This document shows, one piece after another, positions 36,020 through 45,672 of a DNA stretch of 64,000 nucleotides (position 1 is the stretch's first letter; each line of letters starts with the position of its first letter). A program made the position numbers and the translations under genes. Under the pieces are notes generated by a model. That model was not told where the DNA came from, made no database searches, and was given only the letters and a program-made list of their open reading frames with translations. Source of the stretch: an uncultured Petrimonas sp. (GTDB lineage Bacteria > Bacteroidota > Bacteroidia > Bacteroidales > Dysgonomonadaceae); assembly GCA_964557135.1 (NCBI GenBank), contig CAZKZB010000008.1, positions 14,779 to 78,778 on the forward strand, given 5' to 3'.

Positions 36020-36886
36020 ATGAAGTTTTCTCGTTTCTCTGTTTATTTACTGATTTTTCTCTTGTCTCTATCGGGAAGTTGTAAGCGAAAAAAGCCAACA
36101 CCCGAACAACCGTCTGCAACCGCTTCTTATGCGGAATATTACGACAGAGCAACCGGGAAAAGCGGAGCGGACTTAAAAACGGCGCTGTTTGAAATTATCG
36201 GCACACCCAAAACGATTTCCTATTCCGATATCTGGACTGCATTCGAGAAAACCGACCTTCGTTCCGATGGTTCAATCTGGGATATGTATTCCGATATCCC
36301 CGACGGAAAGTCAAGATACACCTATTACTTTAACCGGAAAAGATGCGGAAACTTCCGCAAGGAGGGAGATTGCTACAACCGCGAACACTCCGTTCCGAAA
36401 AGCTGGTTTCACGATGCCGAACCAATGTACTCCGACCTTTTTCATATATACCCCACGGATGGTTACGTAAACAGTCGCCGGGGTAATCTCCCCTTAGGCG
36501 AAGTCGGTATATTCTCGTGGGAATCCACCAACGGCTCAAGAATCGGGCAAAACACTTTCGGCAACTACACTCAAACCGTTTTTGAACCGATAGACACGTA
36601 CAAAGGCGATTTTGCACGTACTTATTTTTATATGGTTACGGCATATGAAGACGTAGTTTCTGACTGGAAATCGGCACAAATTGGAGGAAACACCTATCCT
36701 GCCATCAAAGAATGGGCGGTTGACATGTTTCTAAAGTGGCATCGTGAAGATCCGGTGAGCGAAAAAGAAAAAAACCGCAACGATTCGGTTTTCGCCATTC
36801 AGAAAAACAGAAATCCGTTTATCGATTATCCCGAATTAGCAGAGCATGTGTGGGGAAACAGGAAAAATGAGCCGTTTAAAATGTAG
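36020..36886 (+). CDS. Extracellular endonuclease I (EndA/Vvn family) lipoprotein
   Basis: Lipoprotein signal MKFSRFSVYLLIFLLSLSGSC and the catalytic block NREHSVPKSW are present, with DLFHIYPTDGYVNSRRGN and FIDYPELAEHVWG. Confidence 0.8.
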   Translation: MKFSRFSVYLLIFLLSLSGSCKRKKPTPEQPSATASYAEYYDRATGKSGADLKTALFEIIGTPKTISYSDIWTAFEKTDLRSDGSIWDMYSDIPDGKSRYTYYFNRKRCGNFRKEGDCYNREHSVPKSWFHDAEPMYSDLFHIYPTDGYVNSRRGNLPLGEVGIFSWESTNGSRIGQNTFGNYTQTVFEPIDTYKGDFARTYFYMVTAYEDVVSDWKSAQIGGNTYPAIKEWAVDMFLKWHREDPVSEKEKNRNDSVFAIQKNRNPFIDYPELAEHVWGNRKNEPFKM

Positions 36887-38163
36887 TGAAGATGAGAAAA
36901 TATGTTATTCTGCTTTTTTTGCTGCTCACCATTTCGAACTTCGCCTCTGAACCAATAAAAATAGGCATAATTTCCGATATACATTTTATGTCGCGAAAAC
37001 TTGTAATGGACGGCACCGCCTACAGCGAATATCAAAATGCTACCGGACGAAACATGGATGATTTACACGCGGTTTTAGAACATGTGTTAAGTGATTTTGA
37101 AAAAGAAAAAATAGATATTCTTCTCATTCCGGGCGATATAACCAACCATGGAGAACGCCAGAGCCATATCGATTTTATTGAGAAAGTAAAACCGCTGCAA
37201 CAACAAGGAACGCGTGTTATCGTAATTCCCGGCAATCACGACATCAATGTTCCCAATGCCAAAGCCTATATTGGCGACACCCCTACCCCAACCCAAAGCA
37301 TTTCGGCAAAGGAGTTCACGCAACTTTATGAGCCGTTCGGCTACGGCGACGCGTTAAAGCGTGATACGGCATCGCTAAGTTATCTCACCGAAATTAACAA
37401 AAACACGTGGTTGCTCTGTTTCGACACCAATCGATACGCCGAAAATAAAACTACCTCCATCTCCGGAGGGCGAATTCGTCCGCAGACAATGAACTGGGCG
37501 CTCGAAATTCTCGGCGAAGCCAAAACAAAAAACATCACGGTTTTAGCGATGATGCACCATGGAATTGTCGAGCATCTGCCGTATCAGGCGACATTTTTCC
37601 CGAATCACCTGTTGTCAAACTGGAAGTCGGTTGCCGAAACGCTTGTGGACGCGGGCGTAAAAGTGGTATTTACCGGACATTTTCACTCCAACGACATTTC
37701 GCAAATCACCACTTCCGCGGGAAATACCCTGTACGATGTGGAAACCGGAAGCCTCGCGCAATACCCGTTTCCATATCGGCTGCTAACGCTCGATTCGTCC
37801 ACGCTGTCTATTGACACCCGCTTTGTCGATTCTACACCCGAAACACCCGATTTGCAGGAAAAACACCGCAAAATAACCGAAACAATTGTACGCAGAGGCG
37901 TAAAATCGCATCTCGCCCAAACAGAAATCCCTATTGCCGGCGAGGCTCGTGAAGCGCTGATTGAATTGCTTATTCGCATTCAGATGCTGCACGTAAAAGG
38001 CGATGAAGTTCTGGATGCACCAACACTGACCACCATTAAACAGTTCGCGGAGATAATGGGAAGCGATGAGTTTGATGTAGAGTCGTTTCAACTCGATTTT
38101 CCGCCGGCGGATAACCGGTTGGTGATAGATTTGAGTTTAGATGGGGGATTGATTAAAGATTGA
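36886..38163 (+). CDS. Calcineurin-like metallophosphoesterase
   Basis: 425-aa ORF with a signal peptide and motifs GIISDIH, PGDITNHG, IPGNHD and MMHHG. Confidence 0.8.
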   Translation: MKMRKYVILLFLLLTISNFASEPIKIGIISDIHFMSRKLVMDGTAYSEYQNATGRNMDDLHAVLEHVLSDFEKEKIDILLIPGDITNHGERQSHIDFIEKVKPLQQQGTRVIVIPGNHDINVPNAKAYIGDTPTPTQSISAKEFTQLYEPFGYGDALKRDTASLSYLTEINKNTWLLCFDTNRYAENKTTSISGGRIRPQTMNWALEILGEAKTKNITVLAMMHHGIVEHLPYQATFFPNHLLSNWKSVAETLVDAGVKVVFTGHFHSNDISQITTSAGNTLYDVETGSLAQYPFPYRLLTLDSSTLSIDTRFVDSTPETPDLQEKHRKITETIVRRGVKSHLAQTEIPIAGEAREALIELLIRIQMLHVKGDEVLDAPTLTTIKQFAEIMGSDEFDVESFQLDFPPADNRLVIDLSLDGGLIKD

Positions 38164-38173
38164 TGAAGATTGA

Positions 38174-38797
38174 ATGAGATTGATGGAAAAGAACTACTCT
38201 TTGCAACTTTGCATGCACCCCAACCGCATTGAGGCGGGTTGCGACGAAGCGGGACGCGGTTGTTTAGCCGGACCGGTTTTCGCCGCGGCGGTTATTCTTC
38301 CGCCCGATTTTCGGTGCGAAGCACTTAACGACTCCAAGCAATTATCGGAAAAGGAGAGATGCCTACTCCGCCCGATTATCGAACAAAACGCGTTGTGCTA
38401 CGCGGTAGAAATGTGTTCACCGGAAGAAATCGACGAAATAAATATCCTTTGGGCATCGGTAAAGGCTATGCACAAAGCATTAGCGAAGCTAACCGTAAAG
38501 CCGGAACATATTTTGGTGGACGGCAATCGGTTTCGCCCGTTCGAAGATGTTCCGCACACGCTGGTCGTAAAGGGCGACGGCAAATATATGTCTATCGCGG
38601 CGGCATCGGTGTTGGCAAAAACGTATCGGGATGAGTATATGCAAACGTTGCACAACCAATTTCCCGTTTACGATTGGACGAAAAACAAAGGATATCCAAC
38701 TAAAAATCACCGGGATGCGATAAAAAAACACGGAATCACTGAATATCACCGAAAAAGTTTTAATTTGGTGGAAAGGCAATTGGAAATAGAATTTTGA
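38174..38797 (+). CDS. rnhB: Ribonuclease HII
   Basis: Motifs [14 protein letters not shown] and DSKQLS are present. The start is ambiguous (38174 or 38183) because it lies in a low-complexity GATTGA repeat. Confidence 0.9.
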   Translation: MRLMEKNYSLQLCMHPNRIEAGCDEAGRGCLAGPVFAAAVILPPDFRCEALNDSKQLSEKERCLLRPIIEQNALCYAVEMCSPEEIDEINILWASVKAMHKALAKLTVKPEHILVDGNRFRPFEDVPHTLVVKGDGKYMSIAAASVLAKTYRDEYMQTLHNQFPVYDWTKNKGYPTKNHRDAIKKHGITEYHRKSFNLVERQLEIEF

Positions 38798-38871
38798 GAT
38801 TTGCATTTATTAACAAAATATTGTGCAGCGTTTTTCATAAAAATCCATCTATATGATAAAGCCTCAATTCT

Positions 38872-39867
38872 ATGAAAACAACAACCCGATTATTTATCTT
38901 ATTTATTGTTATTATCGTCTTTTTACCATCTTGCGCAACAATTGCGCTCAAAAACAATTACAACATTCATTTTCAATCGAGTGCTGAAAATGCAAAGTTG
39001 CAAGTTTCCAACAAAATTTACCACTTACCAGCCGATGTGAATGTAATCAGGTCAAAAGAAGATTTGAAAGTAACTTTGTTAGCCGACACACTGCAAAAAG
39101 ATTTTGTTTTGAAATCAGGGAAAAACCTTTCTTTTATGTATGGTAACCTATTTTTGCTTCTCTATGCGCCCGTGGGATATGGTGTGGATTTGTTTTCTGA
39201 AAAAAGATTTGATTACGGGTATGACATATTTTTAGACCCTTTGAGCAACGACAGCGTCATTAGAAAAGCAACCGGGCCGGAGTCATTACGTTATTTTTTC
39301 TCCAACGAATATCCAACAAACAAAGGACAAGTGAATTTACTGTTTTCTTTGCCATGGGTAAACAGTTTTTACCAACAACCGAAATTCGAAAAACCAAGAT
39401 TTAATACCGGTTTTTGGGGAACGTCATTAGGAGCTGAGTATTTTCATAAAGAAAACAGGTTTATTGCTTTAACGGGTGGCGCAGTAATGGATTTTTTCCT
39501 TCCATTCCCCGCAGCTGTCGACCTTTATGGAGAACATGAGTTAATGAGTTCCCTTTACGTTAACTTAACACACAATCACAAGGCAAAACGCTTTACCTAT
39601 GGCTATGGCATTACCTATTCAAAAAACAGATGGGCATATAGCTACACAGAAGAATTTGATACGCCGCCTCCGTCTCGTGGTACGGAGCCAATAATCCGCA
39701 CAAACCATTCCGTTGGATTAACACTTACCGGATATCTCCAATTCGGCAAGCGATATTTCATGGGATTGGTTTATCGTCCCACTTTCATACAAATTCATCC
39801 TGATACGAAATTTCATTACGAGCACTTAATAAGCTTGGATCTCATGTGGAAATTCAAAGTGCGATGA
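38872..39867 (+). CDS. Hypothetical lipoprotein / possible outer-membrane protein
   Basis: 331-aa ORF with lipobox FLPSCAT, aromatic-rich beta-strand-like periodicity and C-terminal WKFKVR. Confidence 0.4.
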   Translation: MKTTTRLFILFIVIIVFLPSCATIALKNNYNIHFQSSAENAKLQVSNKIYHLPADVNVIRSKEDLKVTLLADTLQKDFVLKSGKNLSFMYGNLFLLLYAPVGYGVDLFSEKRFDYGYDIFLDPLSNDSVIRKATGPESLRYFFSNEYPTNKGQVNLLFSLPWVNSFYQQPKFEKPRFNTGFWGTSLGAEYFHKENRFIALTGGAVMDFFLPFPAAVDLYGEHELMSSLYVNLTHNHKAKRFTYGYGITYSKNRWAYSYTEEFDTPPPSRGTEPIIRTNHSVGLTLTGYLQFGKRYFMGLVYRPTFIQIHPDTKFHYEHLISLDLMWKFKVR

Positions 39868-39883
39868 ACTTTAGAAATACAGT

Positions 39884-40714
39884 TCAGTAAAAACCGGAAT
39901 CTTTCACATCGAAATTGGCGTAATTTTTAACCGATTTCTCAACAATTAAATCAATTTCGGTGGGAGTATATCCTGCAAACTTCTTAAAATCGCGTATCAG
40001 GTGCATTTGGTCGTAATAATTGAAAACGTGTGCAACCTCTGTCCATCTCAAGGTCGGATTCAATTCTTTTAAGGCATACGCACCCGAAAACCGCTTAATC
40101 TGCAAATACGTTTTTGGCGGCATTCCTAACTTTTCGTTACAAATTCTTTCAAACTGGCGAATGCTGACGTTTGCCGAACGAGACAACTCATCCACGCTTT
40201 GGAATATTTCCATATTTTCGATCAAAAGGTCAATTTTGGCAGGTTCGCGCAATTCTTTCACAATTTTCAGAAAAAAATGGTCTAAATGGAGTTTTAGCAG
40301 CAACGGCTTCGAAACTTGCTTTAGAACTTCCATCAACTCGTTCACACAATTCCCAAAAACATCTTCTCCTTTCAAGTAATCATCGGCGAAACGATGCAAA
40401 GGAAATCGGTCTATCAGATAATATTGCGCGCAAGGCTTTAGCTTAACCGCAATCAGCTTGTGTTTCATGCGAAGATCAAGATTCACCGGTTTTGTCTGTG
40501 GCCCTACGATTATGATATCCTTTAGCGACTCGAATTTTCCTTCTGAACTCACAGTTACCGGCTCTTCCAAATATATGATTATAAATTTTTTATGCGTGGG
40601 CGTAAATAAGTATTGATTCGAAGCCTGAGTCTTAGAAAAATCAATCTCAATACACGCGTAAAAATAGATGAGATGTTGCAAAGCGGGATGAGGCATAAAT
40701 AAAAACATGCGCAT
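39884..40714 (-). CDS. AraC-family transcriptional regulator
   Basis: 276-aa ORF. The C-terminal double HTH (SIRQFERICNEKLGMPPKTY ... YDQMHLIRDFKKFAGYTPTE) is typical of AraC/XylS. Confidence 0.75.
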   Translation of the reverse strand: MRMFLFMPHPALQHLIYFYACIEIDFSKTQASNQYLFTPTHKKFIIIYLEEPVTVSSEGKFESLKDIIIVGPQTKPVNLDLRMKHKLIAVKLKPCAQYYLIDRFPLHRFADDYLKGEDVFGNCVNELMEVLKQVSKPLLLKLHLDHFFLKIVKELREPAKIDLLIENMEIFQSVDELSRSANVSIRQFERICNEKLGMPPKTYLQIKRFSGAYALKELNPTLRWTEVAHVFNYYDQMHLIRDFKKFAGYTPTEIDLIVEKSVKNYANFDVKDSGFY

Positions 40715-41057
40715 TTCTTAATTAAATTTAACTAAAAGTGTCGTGTTTGTACTATTATCCAAGTTGAATCAGAGTTAATTTTGATTCATTACAGATAACA
40801 CAAAAAAAATAAAAATAGTTCGATGCATTTTCCCTTGTAATGCCTATTCGCACTGTGTTTTCACGCTGTTTTAAACCGTTCACAAACGAAAACACGCATT
40901 TCACAAAGTCAAACACTCCATTCATAAATTCGCGTAATAATTTTCTTAAATTACCATTATCTTTACAAAAGAAATCGGAGGATCGATACAGCATAAACAA
41001 TTATTAATCAGCATATTGGCATATTTTAAAATTCAATTTTTAATAAAGCTAATTGAT

Positions 41058-41474
41058 ATGAAAACAAAACTTCTCATTTTTGCTATCTGTATTGTTCAAT
41101 TGTCGCTTGCACAGAAGTATAATTACCCTCCCACCCCAAAAATCCCCGTGTACGATACTATTTGGGGAAAAGTGATTCAGGATGATTACCGGTGGATGGA
41201 AGATTTAAACAACCCCAAGGTGAAAAAATGGTTTGAAAGCCAAAACGAATTCGCGATGAGTTTTCTAAACCGGCTGAGCGGTGTAGATGAACTGATAGGA
41301 GAACTCAAACAGTTTGATACTCAACAACCGGAGATCTATTTCTATATCGCGCCGGTAAAAAACCATCTTTTGCTCAATTACTCCGACGGCATCAATACCT
41401 TTCCGTACCGTTATTATTTAAAAACAAAAAATTATGAAAACAATATTCAAAACAATTATGAAAAAGAAAGTTAA
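41058..41474 (+). pseudogene. N-terminal remnant of an S9A prolyl oligopeptidase
   Basis: Signal peptide followed by YPPTPKIPVYDTIWGKVIQDDYRWMEDLNNPKVKKWFESQNEF. This is the canonical start of ~700-aa prolyl endopeptidases, but the frame ends after ~138 codons. Confidence 0.6.
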
Positions 41475-42084
41475 ATCTTTAATGTTGCCGGCGCTTGTGT
41501 CAGCACTGTTTATGCTATTTAACGCGTGTGAAAAAGAAAACAACGAGCCCGGAATCACCGGTAAAATATTAGTGTATAAGAGCGTGAAAATCGGCAATCA
41601 GCATAATCCCATTGGACATTATGTGAATGTATATACAGGGAAAGTTTATACCAAAGCGGAAGCCTACGAGAAGCAGGCAGAAATTGATTTGGCGTTTTTC
41701 CACGCTTACAGCAATTCTGTATTTGTAGGTCCTTCTACTTTAATGAAATACGCGGGCGATTACGTCGGAAATCCGTTGACCGAATTTATACGCAATCCAA
41801 GCTACGGTTTCAACAAGTGGACAGTGATAAACAATACCGGCATCGACAAGAAAAGCAGCATCACTGCCGGACAATTTGACGCAGCTGAAAATGCTGCTCA
41901 ACTGATGACGCTGTACGGACAAGGAAATCCGGCCGCTAACTTGGTGGTATTAGACGCGCAGGCAGGCGACGTGCTGCAAGTTTACACAAAAAACGGCAAG
42001 AAAGGCTTGATTAAAGTAAACAGCGTAACGGGCAATAAAGATGTAAGCAGCGTATTAGACGTGGACATAAAAATGGTAGAATAA
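41434..42084 (+). CDS. Hypothetical lipoprotein
   Basis: 216-aa ORF with lipobox LFNACEK and no recognisable family. It overlaps the tail of the peptidase remnant. Confidence 0.4.
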   Translation: MKTIFKTIMKKKVKSLMLPALVSALFMLFNACEKENNEPGITGKILVYKSVKIGNQHNPIGHYVNVYTGKVYTKAEAYEKQAEIDLAFFHAYSNSVFVGPSTLMKYAGDYVGNPLTEFIRNPSYGFNKWTVINNTGIDKKSSITAGQFDAAENAAQLMTLYGQGNPAANLVVLDAQAGDVLQVYTKNGKKGLIKVNSVTGNKDVSSVLDVDIKMVE

Positions 42085-42122
42085 AAACCGACATAAAAAC
42101 AACTTATTAAAAACAAGAAATC

Positions 42123-43088
42123 ATGACATCATCAAGAAAAAAAATTGAAATACTGAAAAAATCCTTCGAGATTTTCGCCATACTCTTTCTATTAACGATT
42201 GTATCGTGTAATAAAGACGAACCCGAAAAAGAATTGACATTAGAAAATATCAAACTATCCATCGAGCAAGTAAACTCGCCTGTACCACCCAAAACAACTA
42301 TTCACTCATATTGGACTCAACTGGTTGGGAACGATATTTTTTTCTCTCCTGAATATAATATTATTTTGACTGATCAATTTATGCTGAAATACGATACGCA
42401 GAAAAACACCTACACGGAAGTAACACCACATAAATCAGTGGCTCCAGTTGCCTATATAAACAAACTGGCTACGGATGGGAAAAACCTGTATTATATCGCC
42501 AACGAAGCCTGGAAATACACGGTAGCCACCAATACCTGGTCTCCATTAAACTATCCGAGTTCGGTCAAAGCAAATAATGGAGAACCTGCTATAGCGTACC
42601 ACAATGGGAAGCTATACTATGTCGGTGGGCGAAATGGCACAAAGCAATTCAGGTGTTACGACATCGCGTCGGACTCTTGGTTCAACATGCCCGATATACC
42701 GGAGAACGTATATCAAGGCGAAGGCATCGCGGTAGAGAATCAAATTTTCGTGATGGGTGGAAATCTTAAGAATAAGATATACAATTATGACATTGACAGC
42801 AAGCAATGGTCGGTAAAAAAGGAAGCGCCTTTCAACATACTCACCACTTTTATATACAACCTATATTTAGCAAAAACTAAAAACAGGTTTGTATATTATT
42901 GTAGCCAAAATAAAATATCGATATACGACACAAAAACAGACCAATGGCGAGTAAATGCTTTAACCGGATTGCCCGGTAATGAAGAAAGAGTAAACTTAGT
43001 AGCCTTTGATGACCATACGCTCTACCTTATCGTGAAAGATTTTTCAAAAGGTTTTTTGATTTATAAAATTCGTGTAATGTATGAGTAA
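42123..43088 (+). CDS. Kelch-repeat lipoprotein
   Basis: 321-aa ORF with lipobox TIVSCNK and repeated GKLYYVGGRNG / NQIFVMGGN Kelch-like blades. Confidence 0.55.
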   Translation: MTSSRKKIEILKKSFEIFAILFLLTIVSCNKDEPEKELTLENIKLSIEQVNSPVPPKTTIHSYWTQLVGNDIFFSPEYNIILTDQFMLKYDTQKNTYTEVTPHKSVAPVAYINKLATDGKNLYYIANEAWKYTVATNTWSPLNYPSSVKANNGEPAIAYHNGKLYYVGGRNGTKQFRCYDIASDSWFNMPDIPENVYQGEGIAVENQIFVMGGNLKNKIYNYDIDSKQWSVKKEAPFNILTTFIYNLYLAKTKNRFVYYCSQNKISIYDTKTDQWRVNALTGLPGNEERVNLVAFDDHTLYLIVKDFSKGFLIYKIRVMYE

Positions 43089-43466
43089 ATGTTCTATTTT
43101 GGGTTATAAATTTGAGTTTTCGCGGGAAGTGGAAAGTGATGATTAGTGAGCGCTGGTTGGTGGTTGGGGAATGGGAGTCGGAGTGCCGGATGTCAGAAAC
43201 TTTGACATTCCTGTCTGTGTTTTGGCGAAACCAAATAAAAAAACGCTCGAAGCACATTATCGTGCCAAGGATGATCCCACTCAACTCACTATCACAGGAA
43301 TGGTTCCGCCAAGAGATTCGGCTTCATACGCGGCGAACAATCCGGATAGAAATTCCGTTTTACTCAGAAACTGTTTTGAACTTTACGAATGATATAGTTT
43401 TTTTCTCCGGCAAACCGGACATCCCGATTTTCAACCGAAAGAATAAATATTTAAAAAATAAAGAAA

Positions 43467-45374
43467 ATGAAAAACTCAATTTTAGTTATTTTATTCGCTT
43501 TCGCAGCGATTTTTAGTTCTTGTAAACAAAAAGTTACCGAAGAACCTGCCCCTTTGATTCCAATGGAATCGTTCTTTAAAAACGGAGAGAAATTAAGATT
43601 TATGATTTCTCCCGATGGAAATTATTTCAGCTATCTCTCCGACTACAAGGGTATGATGAATGTTTTTGTGGAAAGTGCTGAAGACGGCAATGTGGTTCGG
43701 GTGACAAACGACACGCTGCGAAGCATTAACAGGTATTTTTGGAAAGGTAACCGGATAATTTACGTGCAGGATGTAGGCGGTGACGAGAATTACCAACTTT
43801 TCTCCGTAAAAAACGACGGCACCGACTTGAAAGCGCTCACTCCGTTTGCGGGTGTGAGAACGGGCGTGACAGATGCGTTGCGATACATCCCGGGAAGAGA
43901 GAAAGAGATGATTGTAACCATGAACAAAAGGTTAAGGGAATATTTCGACCCCTATCTCTTAAACATAGAAACCGGAGAACTGACTTTGCTTTATGAAAAC
44001 AAGGAGAATTTTGATTCCTGGAAAACAGATCATCAGGGTGTCATCCGCCTTGCCCGGAAAACAGACGGTGTGAACAACACTTGGTTTTACCGAAACTCTG
44101 AAAATGAGGAATTTACCGAATTATTAACCGCCTCATTCAAAGATGAATTCAGACCGAGTTCATTCGACAAAGACAACAAAAACATCTATATTCTCAGTAG
44201 TATTGGCCGGGACAAGGTGGTTTTGGTCGAATACGATCCGGTATCGAAAAAGGAATTAAAAGAGCTGTTTGGAGATGACAAATACGACTTAGCTTTTGCC
44301 GATTACGATAGAAAAAAGCAGGCGTTGACATCCGTACTTTGGTTGGCAGAAAAAACAGAAACGCATTTTTTCGATAAAGAATGGGGAGACATTCAAAACT
44401 ATTTGGAGAGTAAGTTCAAAGGCTATGAAGTGACTATAGAAAGTTACGATGACGAACAAACCAAAGCGATATTCAGTATCCTAAGCGACAGGCTTCCTAC
44501 AAAATATTTTTTCTATGACTTCGTATCGAAGGAAATCCGCGAAATAGCCAATCCTTTTCCCGAAATTGAGGAAAAACACATGAGCTACATGAAACCCATC
44601 AAATACACTTCGCGAGACGGGTTGGAAATCAACGGCTACTTAACCGTTCCGCTCGGCATGGAGCCTAAAAATCTGCCCGTGATTGTTAATCCGCACGGAG
44701 GTCCTTGGGCAAGAGACAGCTGGTATTTCTATCCCGAAGTACAGTTTCTGGCCAACCGCGGTTATGCTGTTTTTCAGATGAATTTCAGAGGGAGCTGGGG
44801 ATACGGCAAGAATTTCTTGCAAGCAAGCTACAAAGAATGGGGTAAAAAAATGCAGAACGACATCACCGACGGCGTAGAGTGGCTCATTAAGGAAGGCATA
44901 GCCGACAAAGGCCGGATTGGAATTTTCGGGGCCAGCTACGGCGGTTACGCTACTCTGGCAGGCGTGGCATTCACTCCCGATCTCTATGCCGCAGCGGTAG
45001 ATTATGTGGGGGTGAGCAATTTGTTTACTTTCCTGAACACCATCCCGCCTTATTGGAAACCCATGCTCGACCAATTCCACGAAATGGTGGGTGACCCGAA
45101 AAAAGACAGCTTGCTGCTGGCGGAAGCTTCACCGGCGCTGCATGCCGATAAGATAAAAACACCGCTTTTCATCGCACAGGGTGCCAACGACCCAAGGGTA
45201 AACAAAGCCGAAAGCGACCAGATGGTGGAAGCACTGAAAAATCGGGGCATAGAGGTGGAATACATGGTAAAAGATGATGAAGGACACGGTTTTATGAATG
45301 AGCAAAACCAGTTTGATTTTTACGGCGCGATGGAAAAATTCTTTGAGAAACATCTGAAACCGGAGAAGAAATAA
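43467..45374 (+). CDS. S9-family serine peptidase (dipeptidyl/acylaminoacyl-peptidase type)
   Basis: 635-aa ORF with a lipoprotein signal and an N-terminal beta-propeller. The C-terminal alpha/beta hydrolase carries GASYGG and DEGHGF. Confidence 0.85.
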   Translation: MKNSILVILFAFAAIFSSCKQKVTEEPAPLIPMESFFKNGEKLRFMISPDGNYFSYLSDYKGMMNVFVESAEDGNVVRVTNDTLRSINRYFWKGNRIIYVQDVGGDENYQLFSVKNDGTDLKALTPFAGVRTGVTDALRYIPGREKEMIVTMNKRLREYFDPYLLNIETGELTLLYENKENFDSWKTDHQGVIRLARKTDGVNNTWFYRNSENEEFTELLTASFKDEFRPSSFDKDNKNIYILSSIGRDKVVLVEYDPVSKKELKELFGDDKYDLAFADYDRKKQALTSVLWLAEKTETHFFDKEWGDIQNYLESKFKGYEVTIESYDDEQTKAIFSILSDRLPTKYFFYDFVSKEIREIANPFPEIEEKHMSYMKPIKYTSRDGLEINGYLTVPLGMEPKNLPVIVNPHGGPWARDSWYFYPEVQFLANRGYAVFQMNFRGSWGYGKNFLQASYKEWGKKMQNDITDGVEWLIKEGIADKGRIGIFGASYGGYATLAGVAFTPDLYAAAVDYVGVSNLFTFLNTIPPYWKPMLDQFHEMVGDPKKDSLLLAEASPALHADKIKTPLFIAQGANDPRVNKAESDQMVEALKNRGIEVEYMVKDDEGHGFMNEQNQFDFYGAMEKFFEKHLKPEKK

Positions 45375-45527
45375 TATTTCAATAAAACCTATGCCGATAT
45401 GAAATGAGCTTTCAAAAAGGAATGTGCCCGCTCGAACTTGTTCGCTCGTTTTGACGAGAATTGATCAGGACGCTTTGCAGATAATCACATAACTTAAAAT
45501 TAGCGTGAGTTTAAAATTACATCAAAA

Positions 45528-45574
45528 ACAGTTGAGTTTTAAATGGCTGTCCGTATAAACTATACGCAGTTTGT
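45528..45574 (+). promoter_or_regulatory. Candidate LytTR half-sites upstream of the sensor kinase gene (ACAGTTGAG ... GCAGTTTGT)
   Basis: ACAGTTGAG (45528-45536) matches the LytTR consensus at all 9 positions. The extended words AAAAACAGTT and ACGCAGTTnGT are shared with the 49.7-kb site. Spacing here is 38 nt start to start, which is not the canonical 21-22. Confidence 0.3.
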
Positions 45575-45672
45575 AAAGAGAACACAGCATTTCAACCATT
45601 TAAACCCGCGATTCTTAAACTCAAGTAACAAATTGTACAGATTTTAGTTATCTTTACAAGAAAATAGCCGTA

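Noticed and set aside
43112-43516. 134-aa ORF (and overlapping small ORFs) in the 378-nt gap before the S9 peptidase
   Set aside because: The translations are low-complexity and repeat-derived (GGTTGG / GGAGTC words), and the ORF runs into the real peptidase start. Treated as non-coding.
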